DNA of 64,000 nucleotides, taken from the IMG/VR virus record IMGVR_UViG_3300018430_000021, positions 128,001 to 192,000 of that record; one strand, written 5' to 3'. This stretch comes from a virus (Duplodnaviria; Caudoviricetes). The position numbers and the translations under genes were made by a program. This document shows, in pieces, positions 20,228 through 28,778 of the stretch. Positions within the stretch are counted from its first letter, which is position 1. Each line of letters opens with the position of its first letter. The notes beneath the pieces are model-generated. The model saw only the letters and a list, made by a program, of their open reading frames with translations, was not told the origin of the DNA and made no database searches.

Positions 20228-21547
20228 ATGAAAGTTACACAATCACAAGCTACTATGGTAGATACTTGGGCCAAGGCACCGGGCGGACTTTCCGTTGCTG
20301 GTATCAAGGACTCCCTTGTACGTTATAATACCGCACGTCTTCTCGAAAACCAGAAGACTAAGAATCTCGGTGCAGAACTTCTCACTGAAGATTTCACTCA
20401 GGGTGTAGGTGCTCCGCTTGGTCTCGACCAGGGTATTCCTCACGGTGGTGATGCTAAGGGCGTTTTCGCTCCGATTTCTCTCGCACTCGTCCGTCGTGTG
20501 TTCCCGCAGCTCTTCGCTAACGTTCTCGTTGGTGTTCAGCCGTTGATTGGTCCTGTCGGTCTTGCATTCGCACTCCGTTACATTTATAAGACAAATAACC
20601 CGAACGAACTCGTTGAAGCCGCATGGAAGGCAGTTCCTCGCTTCTCTGGTTATACCGGTTCTACCGCTAATACCAGTGGCGAATGGGATGCTGGTACCGG
20701 CGTTGACACTCAGTCCGCTGAAGGTTGGAAGATCACTGGCCCGACTTTTGGTTCTGATGACCCGTCTGTAAGCCGTAAGATGCCGGAAATCGGCCTTATG
20801 CTCAGCCGTCAGTCCATCGTTGCTAAGAGCCGTAAGCTCGCTGCTTCCTTCTCTCTTGAATCTGCTGCCGACATTAAGGCTATGCAGGGTATCGAAATGA
20901 TGACTGAAATGATTAACGTCCTCCAGGCTGAAATGACTGCTGAAATGGACCGTGAAACTATCGGTCGTTGTAAGGCTCTTTGCACACCGCGCGTGTTCAA
21001 CAAGTCTACAAAGACTCTTCAGGAAAACGATGCATTCATCGGCCGTAACTCCCAGGAACGTTTCGGTATGATTATTACCCACATCATGAAGGGTGTAAAC
21101 GACATCCGTACTGCTACTCGTCGTGGCGCTGCTAACATTGCAGTTGTTTCCCCGGACGTTGCTACTGTTCTTCAGTGCGCTAATCCTTGGTTCACCAAGA
21201 TTGCTCACGAAGTTAACGGTTCTGCTGTTACTCCGGAAATGGGTACTTTGAACGGTGTTGTTAAGGTCTTCTGTGACCAGTACGCTGTTGACGAATTCGG
21301 TCAGCACGATAACGGTGAAGTTCTCCTCGCATACAAGGGCTCTAGCCTCTATGATGCTGGTGTTATCTTCTGCCCGTACGTAACCGGTGTTGTCAACCAG
21401 GCTATTGACCCGAATGACTTCAGCCCTCGCGTTGGTATTATGAGCCGCTACGGCTTTGCTCATAATATGTTGGGCGCTGAAAACTACTACCGTCTCTTGA
21501 AGTTCAACGGCCTCTTCGCAGAAGCTGGTGAAGACCTCGAATGGTAA
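20228..21547 (+). CDS. gp23: Major capsid protein (T4 gp23-like)
   Basis: TARLLENQ, LVRRVFPQLFANVLVGVQP..GPVGLAFALR, AKSRKL, YKGSSLYDAGVIFCPY and FSPRVGIMSRYG motifs; LLTE probable maturation site. Confidence 0.97.
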   Translation: MKVTQSQATMVDTWAKAPGGLSVAGIKDSLVRYNTARLLENQKTKNLGAELLTEDFTQGVGAPLGLDQGIPHGGDAKGVFAPISLALVRRVFPQLFANVLVGVQPLIGPVGLAFALRYIYKTNNPNELVEAAWKAVPRFSGYTGSTANTSGEWDAGTGVDTQSAEGWKITGPTFGSDDPSVSRKMPEIGLMLSRQSIVAKSRKLAASFSLESAADIKAMQGIEMMTEMINVLQAEMTAEMDRETIGRCKALCTPRVFNKSTKTLQENDAFIGRNSQERFGMIITHIMKGVNDIRTATRRGAANIAVVSPDVATVLQCANPWFTKIAHEVNGSAVTPEMGTLNGVVKVFCDQYAVDEFGQHDNGEVLLAYKGSSLYDAGVIFCPYVTGVVNQAIDPNDFSPRVGIMSRYGFAHNMLGAENYYRLLKFNGLFAEAGEDLEW

Positions 21548-21572
21548 TTTCGGACAATTTGAAATAACATTT

Positions 21573-21603
21573 AAAAATGCAGGTGTAAAAACCTGCATTT
21601 TTT
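21573..21603 (+). terminator. Intrinsic terminator
   Basis: aaaaatgcaggt-gtaaaa-acctgcattttttt. Confidence 0.85.
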
Positions 21604-21698
21604 ATTATAATTAAACAATTTCTTCCGGAAAAATTCTATAAATAAAATAGGTGTGAAGGAATTAATCTTCACATAGGAAAAATTAAGGAGAAATAATC

Positions 21699-22079
21699 AT
21701 GAAACGTAGAAATGATATTTACAACGTTGGTAACGATTACGATCAGGAAGTTTCTGCATACTTCGTAACTAATGATGACGATGCTGCACTTTCTGCAAAT
21801 GTCCCTGGTTACAAGGCATATTCTGATGGTTTGTACCACTTCACTAAGAAGCCGGCTTATGAACTTTCTGGTGGTGCTGACGCACTTAACAAGCGTGTTA
21901 TTAATAACCTTCCGCAGTCTCAGTGGGCTGTTCCTGAGTTCCTCAAGGATGCTGACCCGTCTGCAGCTTCTGCTTGGGCACCGATTAACGCTGGTTCTGC
22001 TGTTTTGAGCCCGGACTATGCTACTGTTGAAAATCCTCAGGTTTTCGACTGGGCTAATGCTCCGATCACCAAGAAGTAA
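21699..22079 (+). CDS. Small late protein downstream of the capsid gene (possible head decoration protein)
   Basis: Own late promoter 21637-21644, AAGGAG SD, codon usage like the capsid gene. Confidence 0.55.
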   Translation: MKRRNDIYNVGNDYDQEVSAYFVTNDDDAALSANVPGYKAYSDGLYHFTKKPAYELSGGADALNKRVINNLPQSQWAVPEFLKDADPSAASAWAPINAGSAVLSPDYATVENPQVFDWANAPITKK

Positions 22080-22102
22080 TCGTAACTGATTAGCAAACAA
22101 TT

Positions 22103-22132
22103 TAAAAAGAGGTTCCTTTGGGACCTCTTTTT
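22103..22132. terminator. Bidirectional intrinsic terminator
   Basis: aaaaagaggttcc-ttt-gggacctcttttt. Confidence 0.8.
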
Positions 22133-22415
22133 AATCTAATACAGAAAGTATATTTTCGACTTCTTGATTTTTGAAATGAACGTAAGCTTTTCCAGCTTTT
22201 TCCAGTTCATCTTCAAATTCGTCTTTATTGTATTTAAAATTTTTGAAATATTTATTATCACCGTCTTGATAACTGAATCTACATAAAGGTTCAGAACCAT
22301 AGAAAGAGAAAGTTCCGACAATAAAATCCTCAGCCATACCGAAATAAACCATATGGTCAGACATAGGATTGAAGTAAATCCTATGCGATTTGAGCATTTT
22401 AATTACTTCGTCCAT
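22131..22415 (-). CDS. Hypothetical protein (94 aa), probably leaderless late gene
   Basis: CATAAATA at 22420-22427, 4 nt before the ATG. Confidence 0.6.
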   Translation of the reverse strand: MDEVIKMLKSHRIYFNPMSDHMVYFGMAEDFIVGTFSFYGSEPLCRFSYQDGDNKYFKNFKYNKDEFEDELEKAGKAYVHFKNQEVENILSVLD

Positions 22416-22427
22416 TTAGTATTTATG

Positions 22428-22454
22428 AAAAAACCAGACCTCGGGGCCTGGTTT
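22428..22454 (-). terminator. Intrinsic terminator abutting the next late promoter
   Basis: Minus strand caaaccagg-ccccgagg-tctggtttttt, then CATAAATA. Confidence 0.7.
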
Positions 22455-22476
22455 GAATTTTTATTTGAAAATTCGA

Positions 22477-23043
22477 TTAGTGAAGAGCCATACCTTCGCC
22501 AGCGAACATTGCATTTGAAATGGTGAAAAGTGCATTAGTTTCAGTTTTACACTTCTTCATACGAATTGCAAACTTATTGTAATATTCAGGACTTACACCC
22601 TTGCCGATACATTCACGGACTTCTTCAAGGAATTCTGCGATTGCAGCCTGAAGACCGACCTTGGCAGAAAGAGTTAAGAAATATGCGTTATTAAGATACT
22701 TTTCGCAAATGCTTGTGAAGAGTGTACCTTCAGCAGTACCGAATCCTTCTTTGATTACTTTAAAACCGGCTTTTTCAGCAACTTCTTTAGCTTCTTCGAG
22801 TTTAGCCCAAGGCGGAACCTTGTCATCACCCTTTTTGCCTTCGTTGAGTTTAGCCCAAGGCGGAACCTTATCACCGTCTTTCTTACCTTCGTTGAGTTTG
22901 GCCCAAGGTGGAACCTTGTCTCCGTCCTTTTTGCCTTCATCGAGCTTAGCCCAAGGTGGAACCTTGTCATTGCCGCCTTTCTTGGTTCTAGCAACAGTAA
23001 ATCCATGTTCTTCGGCAATCTGTTTAGCTTCAAATAAGTTCAT
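22477..23043 (-). CDS. Repeat-containing protein, probable internal head protein
   Basis: 4x DKVPPWAKL(N/D/E)E repeats flanked by two LxEAKxxAExxGFxV motifs; AAGGAG SD; late promoter 23068-23075. Confidence 0.7.
   Translation of the reverse strand: MNLFEAKQIAEEHGFTVARTKKGGNDKVPPWAKLDEGKKDGDKVPPWAKLNEGKKDGDKVPPWAKLNEGKKGDDKVPPWAKLEEAKEVAEKAGFKVIKEGFGTAEGTLFTSICEKYLNNAYFLTLSAKVGLQAAIAEFLEEVRECIGKGVSPEYYNKFAIRMKKCKTETNALFTISNAMFAGEGMALH
22793..22984. repeat. Four 48-bp coding tandem repeats (16 aa)
   Basis: gcccaagg(c/t)ggaacctt recurs every 48 bp. Confidence 0.9.
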
Positions 23044-23067
23044 AAAATCTCCTTAAAATCTTTACTG

Positions 23068-23088
23068 TATTTATATTATTTATAAATA
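23068..23088. promoter_or_regulatory. Overlapping divergent late promoters including palindrome TATTTATAAATA (23077-23088)
   Basis: tatttata-t-tatttataaata-tttt-ATG. Confidence 0.8.
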
Positions 23089-23092
23089 TTTT

Positions 23093-24775
23093 ATGGCACT
23101 AGGCGATTTTAGAAAGATATTTGAGAAGACAGAAGTCATAAAACAAGCTACAGTAGAAGAAGTTAAAAAAGCATTTGAAAAGTTGCCAAATGCTAATATA
23201 CAGTATTCATTACCTGGTGAAAGAAAAGCTCGTAGAAGCGATGGTTTTGAACATTTAACAAAGACGGTTGACCTTTCAAAATATACAGTAATTGAATTTA
23301 CTGCTGAAAGAAATGCTGATGACGCAGGTATTACAAATAGCCGTTATAATATGAAACAAGTAAAGGCATTTATAAATTCACAAAACAATATAGAAGCTTA
23401 TGAAAAGAGCGTTTTGGAATTTTTAGGTGCAAATGCGTTAATGATTAAAAATAAGCCAGTAAAATCTGGTGAAATTGATATGTACCCATTAAATGTTGGG
23501 AATAAAGTTTTATATTCTACAGCACCTTGGTATTTACGTGGTCACGGTATTGCAGCAGCAATGCGTTCTACAAATACTGAAATTCAAGAAGCAGGTCAAG
23601 CAGTTGGTTTATTTACCGCTTATATGATGGATAGTAAAAGCGATGAAATTGACATTAGACATTTGAACTCTTTTGAAAATAGATTCCATTTTTCATTGTA
23701 TAATAATAAAAGGCGAGTAATGAATTTGCTTGAATGGTATATTTACAATTTCCATGGAGCAGTTGAAAAGTGTGTAGACGGTGGTGCTAAAGTATTTGCC
23801 GGATTACGTAATCCATTGACGATGCATCTTTCAGATATATCTTGTGAAGCCGGACATAAAATTGCAGAAAGCGGAATTGGTCCAAATATTCGTTCTGTAT
23901 TTAATGAACTGAATAAGAAACAAGAAAGAAAATTTAAAAATATAAACTCCTGGTGCCCTGCAGATATTGTAGTTTATGATGAAAGTTTGAAGAGAGAAAT
24001 GAAACCTTCTAACTTTGCTGATATTGATGAATATACTAAATGGCTTAATCGACAGACTGAAACAAACAGATTAAGACTTATTTCGTTGAAACTAAATACT
24101 TCCCGTTGGGACAACGTTATTTCACGAACAAGCGTTTCGGATAAAAAGAGAATGCCTGAAATATTGGATAAGAAATGGGAAGTTAACAAAGGTAATATTT
24201 ACCTTTATGTTCATCTAAATGAAGATGGAATTAAAATAACAGATAAAAATCAAGGTAATGTTATTAGGCTTAAGTTTACGGTTTTCGATAATGATAAAGG
24301 CGCAAGTATAGAAGCTGATTATCTTAATACTAAGCAAGTTCATTTTAATTTTGAACGTGAAATTCTTGTAGAGAATTTTAATCGTAAAGAAAATACTCAG
24401 ACTATGCTTGGTAAGGCTCGAGATACGTTAAACTATTATTTGGCCAAGAAAAAGATTGATACTATTGATGACGTTAATTTTGTATGGCCGGATCAGTTTA
24501 AAGAATTGTTACATACAGATGCAGTAGACGCGTTTAATGCAAGAACGACAACCAAACCATCATTGAAACGAAATACTGAAAAACTTGTATTGCGTGATGA
24601 AATTATGAAACTATATTCTGACTGGTTGAACAAGATGCGTAAGTTCTGTTTGTATAGAGGAGAACAGGAAGTAAATAAGTCTATAGATGAGTTTATTCTT
24701 TATACGATATATGCCGGAAAGAAAGAAAATTTCCAGGATATGGATTTCTTCCCTAAATATTATAAAATTGGATAA
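23093..24775 (+). CDS. Putative PD-(D/E)xK nuclease-fold late protein
   Basis: TEIQE, NSWCPADIV and ISLK motifs resembling restriction-endonuclease-like proteins of T4-like phages. Confidence 0.5.
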   Translation: MALGDFRKIFEKTEVIKQATVEEVKKAFEKLPNANIQYSLPGERKARRSDGFEHLTKTVDLSKYTVIEFTAERNADDAGITNSRYNMKQVKAFINSQNNIEAYEKSVLEFLGANALMIKNKPVKSGEIDMYPLNVGNKVLYSTAPWYLRGHGIAAAMRSTNTEIQEAGQAVGLFTAYMMDSKSDEIDIRHLNSFENRFHFSLYNNKRRVMNLLEWYIYNFHGAVEKCVDGGAKVFAGLRNPLTMHLSDISCEAGHKIAESGIGPNIRSVFNELNKKQERKFKNINSWCPADIVVYDESLKREMKPSNFADIDEYTKWLNRQTETNRLRLISLKLNTSRWDNVISRTSVSDKKRMPEILDKKWEVNKGNIYLYVHLNEDGIKITDKNQGNVIRLKFTVFDNDKGASIEADYLNTKQVHFNFEREILVENFNRKENTQTMLGKARDTLNYYLAKKKIDTIDDVNFVWPDQFKELLHTDAVDAFNARTTTKPSLKRNTEKLVLRDEIMKLYSDWLNKMRKFCLYRGEQEVNKSIDEFILYTIYAGKKENFQDMDFFPKYYKIG

Positions 24776-24779
24776 AAAT

Positions 24780-24807
24780 AAAAACCAGGTTATTCACCTG
24801 GTTTTTT
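24780..24807. terminator. Bidirectional intrinsic terminator
   Basis: aaaaaccaggt-tattc-acctggtttttt. Confidence 0.85.
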
Positions 24808-24822
24808 AAATTATAATCAAGA

Positions 24823-26091
24823 TTACATCTTGCTGTACTTGATTCCCTTTGCGTCGAGGAATGTAGTAATCTTTGCAATATCCTTTTCAGACATGCCAGT
24901 GATTGTGACAGATTCACCTTCATCGTCGATAGCAATATCAGCATTCGAACGAGAATTAGTGAGCGTAGCCTTTCTGACCATTGCATTGGTAAGCTTAGCA
25001 CCAATTCCGAAAGAAGCACTGTCAAATGCGAGAGTAACGGGAACCTTCTTACCAGAAGAAGAGGCAGCAGCTGTAGCCGGAGATTCACCTTTGGCAATCT
25101 TGTCAACAACAGCAGTTACACCGCCAGATTTTTGATTACCGTTCGGAGTCAAAAGACTTACAGTATCGACCTTATCGTTTTCGATAACGCCCATATTCTT
25201 AAGTTTGTCAACCATGACAGTTGCAAATTCATTGTGGCTGCTTATACCGCAAAGCATGGAACCATCTTCCAAAGTCTTTGTCGGGAATTCTGTGCTAGAG
25301 CCCCAACCGATTTTCTTTGTATTGGTATGTCCGTTTTCGTCGGTAACTTCAGTTTCGACACCGCCATACCAGTTACATTTGCTAATGAAGGCGCGAGCTT
25401 CCTTAACCTTGTCGGCAGGAACTGTGAAAACGTAACCCTGAGGCTGAATATAGCCAGGAGTTCCCTTACCACCCTTCTTGGAACCGTCACGAAGAACGGA
25501 AGTAGGAGCGAGGTCACTATTCTTCAAGATTTCACCGAATTGTTCGAGCTGAGATCCCTTTACAACGAGAGCGTCATGAGCTTCATTCTTCCAGTAAACC
25601 ATTGCATAACGAACGCAGTTTTGAGCAAGGTCATGAAGTGTTTTTGCAATCTTGGAGAAGTTCGGAGTACCAGTTTCCAAGCTCTTCATGAGATCCTTGT
25701 CGGTCTTGATTGTCATGTTGATTTCATCCTTACCGTCGATTGCATACACGATAGTAAATGGACGAATATCGGTAATGGTTGTAGAACCATGAGCAATTTC
25801 AGATTTTAAGCGACCTTCATAGAAAAGAGCCAACTGTGTCGGACGTTGACCCTGAACGCCGTTGTTATTTGTAGACCAGTTCTTGAAACGAATTGTCGAG
25901 AAGTAGTTACCAATATGTGACGGAATAAGATTACCGTCATTTGTATGTGCACTATTGAAATGAATACTTACGGCCCATTTCATTACCTTAACCCAGTTGG
26001 GTTCATGGGTCATGGCTTCCATGATATTATCGTAAGCTTCATCCTGAGTAAACACGATATTGCTGTCATCAGTTTTGAATAAATGTTCCAT
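24823..26091 (-). CDS. Hypothetical late protein (422 aa)
   Basis: Long ORF with genome-typical codon usage, late promoter 26121-26128 and AAGGGA SD. Confidence 0.7.
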   Translation of the reverse strand: MEHLFKTDDSNIVFTQDEAYDNIMEAMTHEPNWVKVMKWAVSIHFNSAHTNDGNLIPSHIGNYFSTIRFKNWSTNNNGVQGQRPTQLALFYEGRLKSEIAHGSTTITDIRPFTIVYAIDGKDEINMTIKTDKDLMKSLETGTPNFSKIAKTLHDLAQNCVRYAMVYWKNEAHDALVVKGSQLEQFGEILKNSDLAPTSVLRDGSKKGGKGTPGYIQPQGYVFTVPADKVKEARAFISKCNWYGGVETEVTDENGHTNTKKIGWGSSTEFPTKTLEDGSMLCGISSHNEFATVMVDKLKNMGVIENDKVDTVSLLTPNGNQKSGGVTAVVDKIAKGESPATAAASSSGKKVPVTLAFDSASFGIGAKLTNAMVRKATLTNSRSNADIAIDDEGESVTITGMSEKDIAKITTFLDAKGIKYSKM

Positions 26092-26206
26092 TTTAAATCC
26101 CTTTTTATGATTTTATATATTATTTATAAGGCAAATCCGCATTAAAATCTTCGGAAAAATTGTAAAAATTCTATAAATATAGTAAACAACATTGGAGATT
26201 TTAATT

Positions 26207-26875
26207 ATGGAAGCAAAAAAGCTATTGTGCGAAGAAGCTTGCGCCGAAGCAAAATCAGTGCTTGAAGACGCTGGCAATAATATGAAGACTATGTATATCA
26301 GTGGTCCGTTCATGATGGCTGAAGAAGTAAACCGTAACGGTCGTACTTATTCTAAGGCAATTATTGAACGTGAAGTTAACAAGTTCCAGAAGCTCATCGA
26401 ATCCCGTGAAGCTCTTGGAGAATTGAACCATCCTGAGACAATCGAAATTAACCCTCGTGAAGCTGCAATTATGATTACAGACCTTCACATGGACGGAAAC
26501 CTCGCAATGGGTAAGGCAAAGGTTTTGCATACTCCAAACGGTAAGCTCCTTGAATCCCTTTTGCTCGACGGTGTTCGTATGGGTGTTTCTTCTCGTGGTA
26601 CCGGTAATTTGACAGAAGGCAATATGGTTGCAGACGACTATAATCTCGTAACTATCGACTCTGTTTATATGCCATCCGCTCAGGTCGCTTATACTGACGC
26701 AATGTACGAATCTGTACAGTACGTTTCTAAGTGGGTTCTTAATGAAAATACTGGACTTTTCATTGAACAGCGTGAAAAGATTATCAACGGTCAGAAGGCT
26801 TTCAATAAGGAAGTCGATAAGAAGGGTTCTAAGGCCATTGTAGAAGCTCTTAGAGAGTTCATTAAGACATTCTAA
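26207..26875 (+). CDS. gp21: Prohead maturation protease (T4 gp21-like)
   Basis: YISGPFMMAEEVNRNGRTYS, ALGELNHP, TPNGK and GVSSRGTG catalytic motifs; ATG 26207 after GGAG SD; promoter 26172-26179. Confidence 0.95.
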   Translation: MEAKKLLCEEACAEAKSVLEDAGNNMKTMYISGPFMMAEEVNRNGRTYSKAIIEREVNKFQKLIESREALGELNHPETIEINPREAAIMITDLHMDGNLAMGKAKVLHTPNGKLLESLLLDGVRMGVSSRGTGNLTEGNMVADDYNLVTIDSVYMPSAQVAYTDAMYESVQYVSKWVLNENTGLFIEQREKIINGQKAFNKEVDKKGSKAIVEALREFIKTF

Positions 26876-26894
26876 TAAAAGATACTAGGTAAAC

Positions 26895-26923
26895 AAATAA
26901 GGGTCCCAGAGGCCCTTATTTTT
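26895..26923 (+). terminator. Intrinsic terminator
   Basis: aaataaggg-tcccagagg-cccttatttttg. Confidence 0.75.
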
Positions 26924-26970
26924 GCAATTATTCAGACATAAATAAGATATAAGCTATGAAGGAGTAAACT

Positions 26971-27930
26971 ATGTTCCAAGGAACCGACACACTTAGAGGC
27001 CATAATGAAAATGTGGAAATGACCCAGGAGCAGTGGGCGGAATACGAGAAGTGTTCAAAAGATATTTTCCATTTTGCTAATTACTTTTATATTTTGACAG
27101 AAGACGGTGAATTGCCGATTAAGTTGAGAGAATATCAAGAACGTCTCATCAAGGTAATTTGCGGAACTTATTTCATGCGTAACGATGACGGAACCATAAT
27201 GACGGATTCCAAGGGTGAAAAAGTTTTAAGAAATAACAGAATTATTACCGTGGGTCGTCAGGCTGGTAAGACTACTATCGCGACGCTTTATATTTTGTGG
27301 TATGCGCTTTTCCATAAGGACAAGACTATTGCTGTTCTGGCTAACAAGGAATCACAAGCTATTGAAATTATGCTTCGTATTCGTGCAGCAGTTCTGAGAC
27401 TTCCTATGTGGTTACAGCAGGGTATCAATCCGGACCGCGGTGGCTGGTCTCAGAAATCAATAGGATTTGATAACGGTTGCAAAATTTTCTGTGCTGCTAG
27501 TTCGTCTTCTGCTATTCGTGGTAAATCCGTTGACTTGATGCTCGTGGACGAATTTGCTCACTTGCCGGAACAGGATGCTGACGATTTTATGATGTCGGTT
27601 ATTCCGACACAGGCTTCTCGTAAGACAAGTATGTTGATTCTTATTTCAACGCCTAAGGGTATGAACCAGTTCTATAAGATTTGGCAGAGTGCTCTTGCTG
27701 GTATCAATACCTTTGTTCCTGCAAAGATTGCATGGAATGAAATCGACGGTCGTGATGAAACATTCAGGAAGAAAGTTATTCGTGACCATGGTATTAAGTT
27801 CTTTAACCAGGAATATGCTTGCTTGGATCCGAATGAAGAAATTACTGTCCAGGACGAGGCCACAGGTATTGTTTTAACTGACAAAATTGGCAAAATTTTC
27901 GAATTATGGCAAGACGGTTTCCTTAAATAA
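26971..27930 (+). CDS. gp17: Terminase large subunit, N-terminal ATPase half, fused to a split-intein N-fragment
   Basis: LREYQ adenine-binding motif, GRQAGKTT Walker A, IRGKSVDLMLVDEFAH Walker B, ISTPKGMNQFY motif C; ends FNQEYA|CLDPNEEITV...* with no nuclease domain. Confidence 0.92.
   Translation: MFQGTDTLRGHNENVEMTQEQWAEYEKCSKDIFHFANYFYILTEDGELPIKLREYQERLIKVICGTYFMRNDDGTIMTDSKGEKVLRNNRIITVGRQAGKTTIATLYILWYALFHKDKTIAVLANKESQAIEIMLRIRAAVLRLPMWLQQGINPDRGGWSQKSIGFDNGCKIFCAASSSSAIRGKSVDLMLVDEFAHLPEQDADDFMMSVIPTQASRKTSMLILISTPKGMNQFYKIWQSALAGINTFVPAKIAWNEIDGRDETFRKKVIRDHGIKFFNQEYACLDPNEEITVQDEATGIVLTDKIGKIFELWQDGFLK
27820..27927 (+). mobile_element. Atypically short split-intein N-fragment (IntN, 36 aa)
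   Basis: CLDPNEEITV (block A-like, Cys1)...KIGKIFE, then stop, at the QE(F/Y)x|C terminase intein site. Confidence 0.85.
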
Positions 27931-27960
27931 TACTATAAATATATTAAGGAAAATTGCTAG

Positions 27961-28749
27961 ATGGTTTTTGGAGATTACTGTAATAAGATTAAGAATATTT
28001 TAGCTAGAACTCATCGCGATGTGAGTATTGTTGACTATAACATGGAACAGATTTTCGAAGCATATATTAACGATACTCCCGCCTCCAAGGTCATTGAAAA
28101 ACTATATAAATCTATGAATGAAGCTACAGCTGATACAGACTTTTTAAAATATAAGAATCGAGTACATACGATTCTTGAAAAACTGGGATATGATAAATCC
28201 GAACTTGATAACAAGAAGGTAACTGATACTATTTCTGATTTGTACGATACAAATGAAGATGAATACGCATGTGCCGAAATTTGTAAGGACGAAATCGACA
28301 AGGCACAAGAACTTAAACCAATTAAATTGACTTCTCGTCAAGTACAACATGTCCGCAATAACCTGATTATTGCATTACATCCGGTCAGCAACGCTGCTTT
28401 ACTAGATTTAAATGTTTCTCCTCAAGGAGCAGTGGTTAAAATCAAGGTTAGACTGACCCAGGGATTGCAGGAACTACATACCGACGCCAAGTCATATATT
28501 AAGGAAGTCCATAAGTATCTTCGTGCATTTTTGCTTCAGAATTCAAATACGGACGTAGATTTTAAAGTAAAGAGTTATTCAATTAAATTTAATAATTTGT
28601 ATTGTACATCAGAATTTTTTATACCTTTTAAGGACGCTAATGGAATACCGATACAACTGTTTAATGTGTATGATATTGCCAGAATAATTAAATCGCACTT
28701 GAATGTGTTAGAAACTTTTAGTGAACAATATAGGAATATAATTAAATAA
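27961..28749 (+). CDS. Hypothetical late protein with duplicated N-terminal helical module
   Basis: Own promoter 27934-27941; FGDYCNKIKNIL / FLKYKNRVHTIL repeat; no intein or terminase-nuclease motifs. Confidence 0.65.
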   Translation: MVFGDYCNKIKNILARTHRDVSIVDYNMEQIFEAYINDTPASKVIEKLYKSMNEATADTDFLKYKNRVHTILEKLGYDKSELDNKKVTDTISDLYDTNEDEYACAEICKDEIDKAQELKPIKLTSRQVQHVRNNLIIALHPVSNAALLDLNVSPQGAVVKIKVRLTQGLQELHTDAKSYIKEVHKYLRAFLLQNSNTDVDFKVKSYSIKFNNLYCTSEFFIPFKDANGIPIQLFNVYDIARIIKSHLNVLETFSEQYRNIIK

Positions 28750-28778
28750 AAAATCACCCTCACGGGTGATTTCTTTTT
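28748..28778. terminator. Bidirectional intrinsic terminator
   Basis: aaaaatcaccc-tcac-gggtgatttcttttt. Confidence 0.8.

Noticed and set aside
20243-21598. 451-aa antisense ORF over the capsid gene
   Set aside because: Shadow ORF from strong codon bias of a highly expressed gene; no motifs, promoter or SD
22793-22984. 48-bp repeats as a possible CRISPR array
   Set aside because: In-frame coding repeats with synonymous variation; no unique spacers and no cas genes
27928-28749. Terminase continuing by frameshift, readthrough or intron into the next ORF; or TerL being a pseudogene
   Set aside because: The next ORF has its own promoter and SD and no nuclease or IntC motifs; the TerL tail has an intein-N signature and intact ATPase motifs
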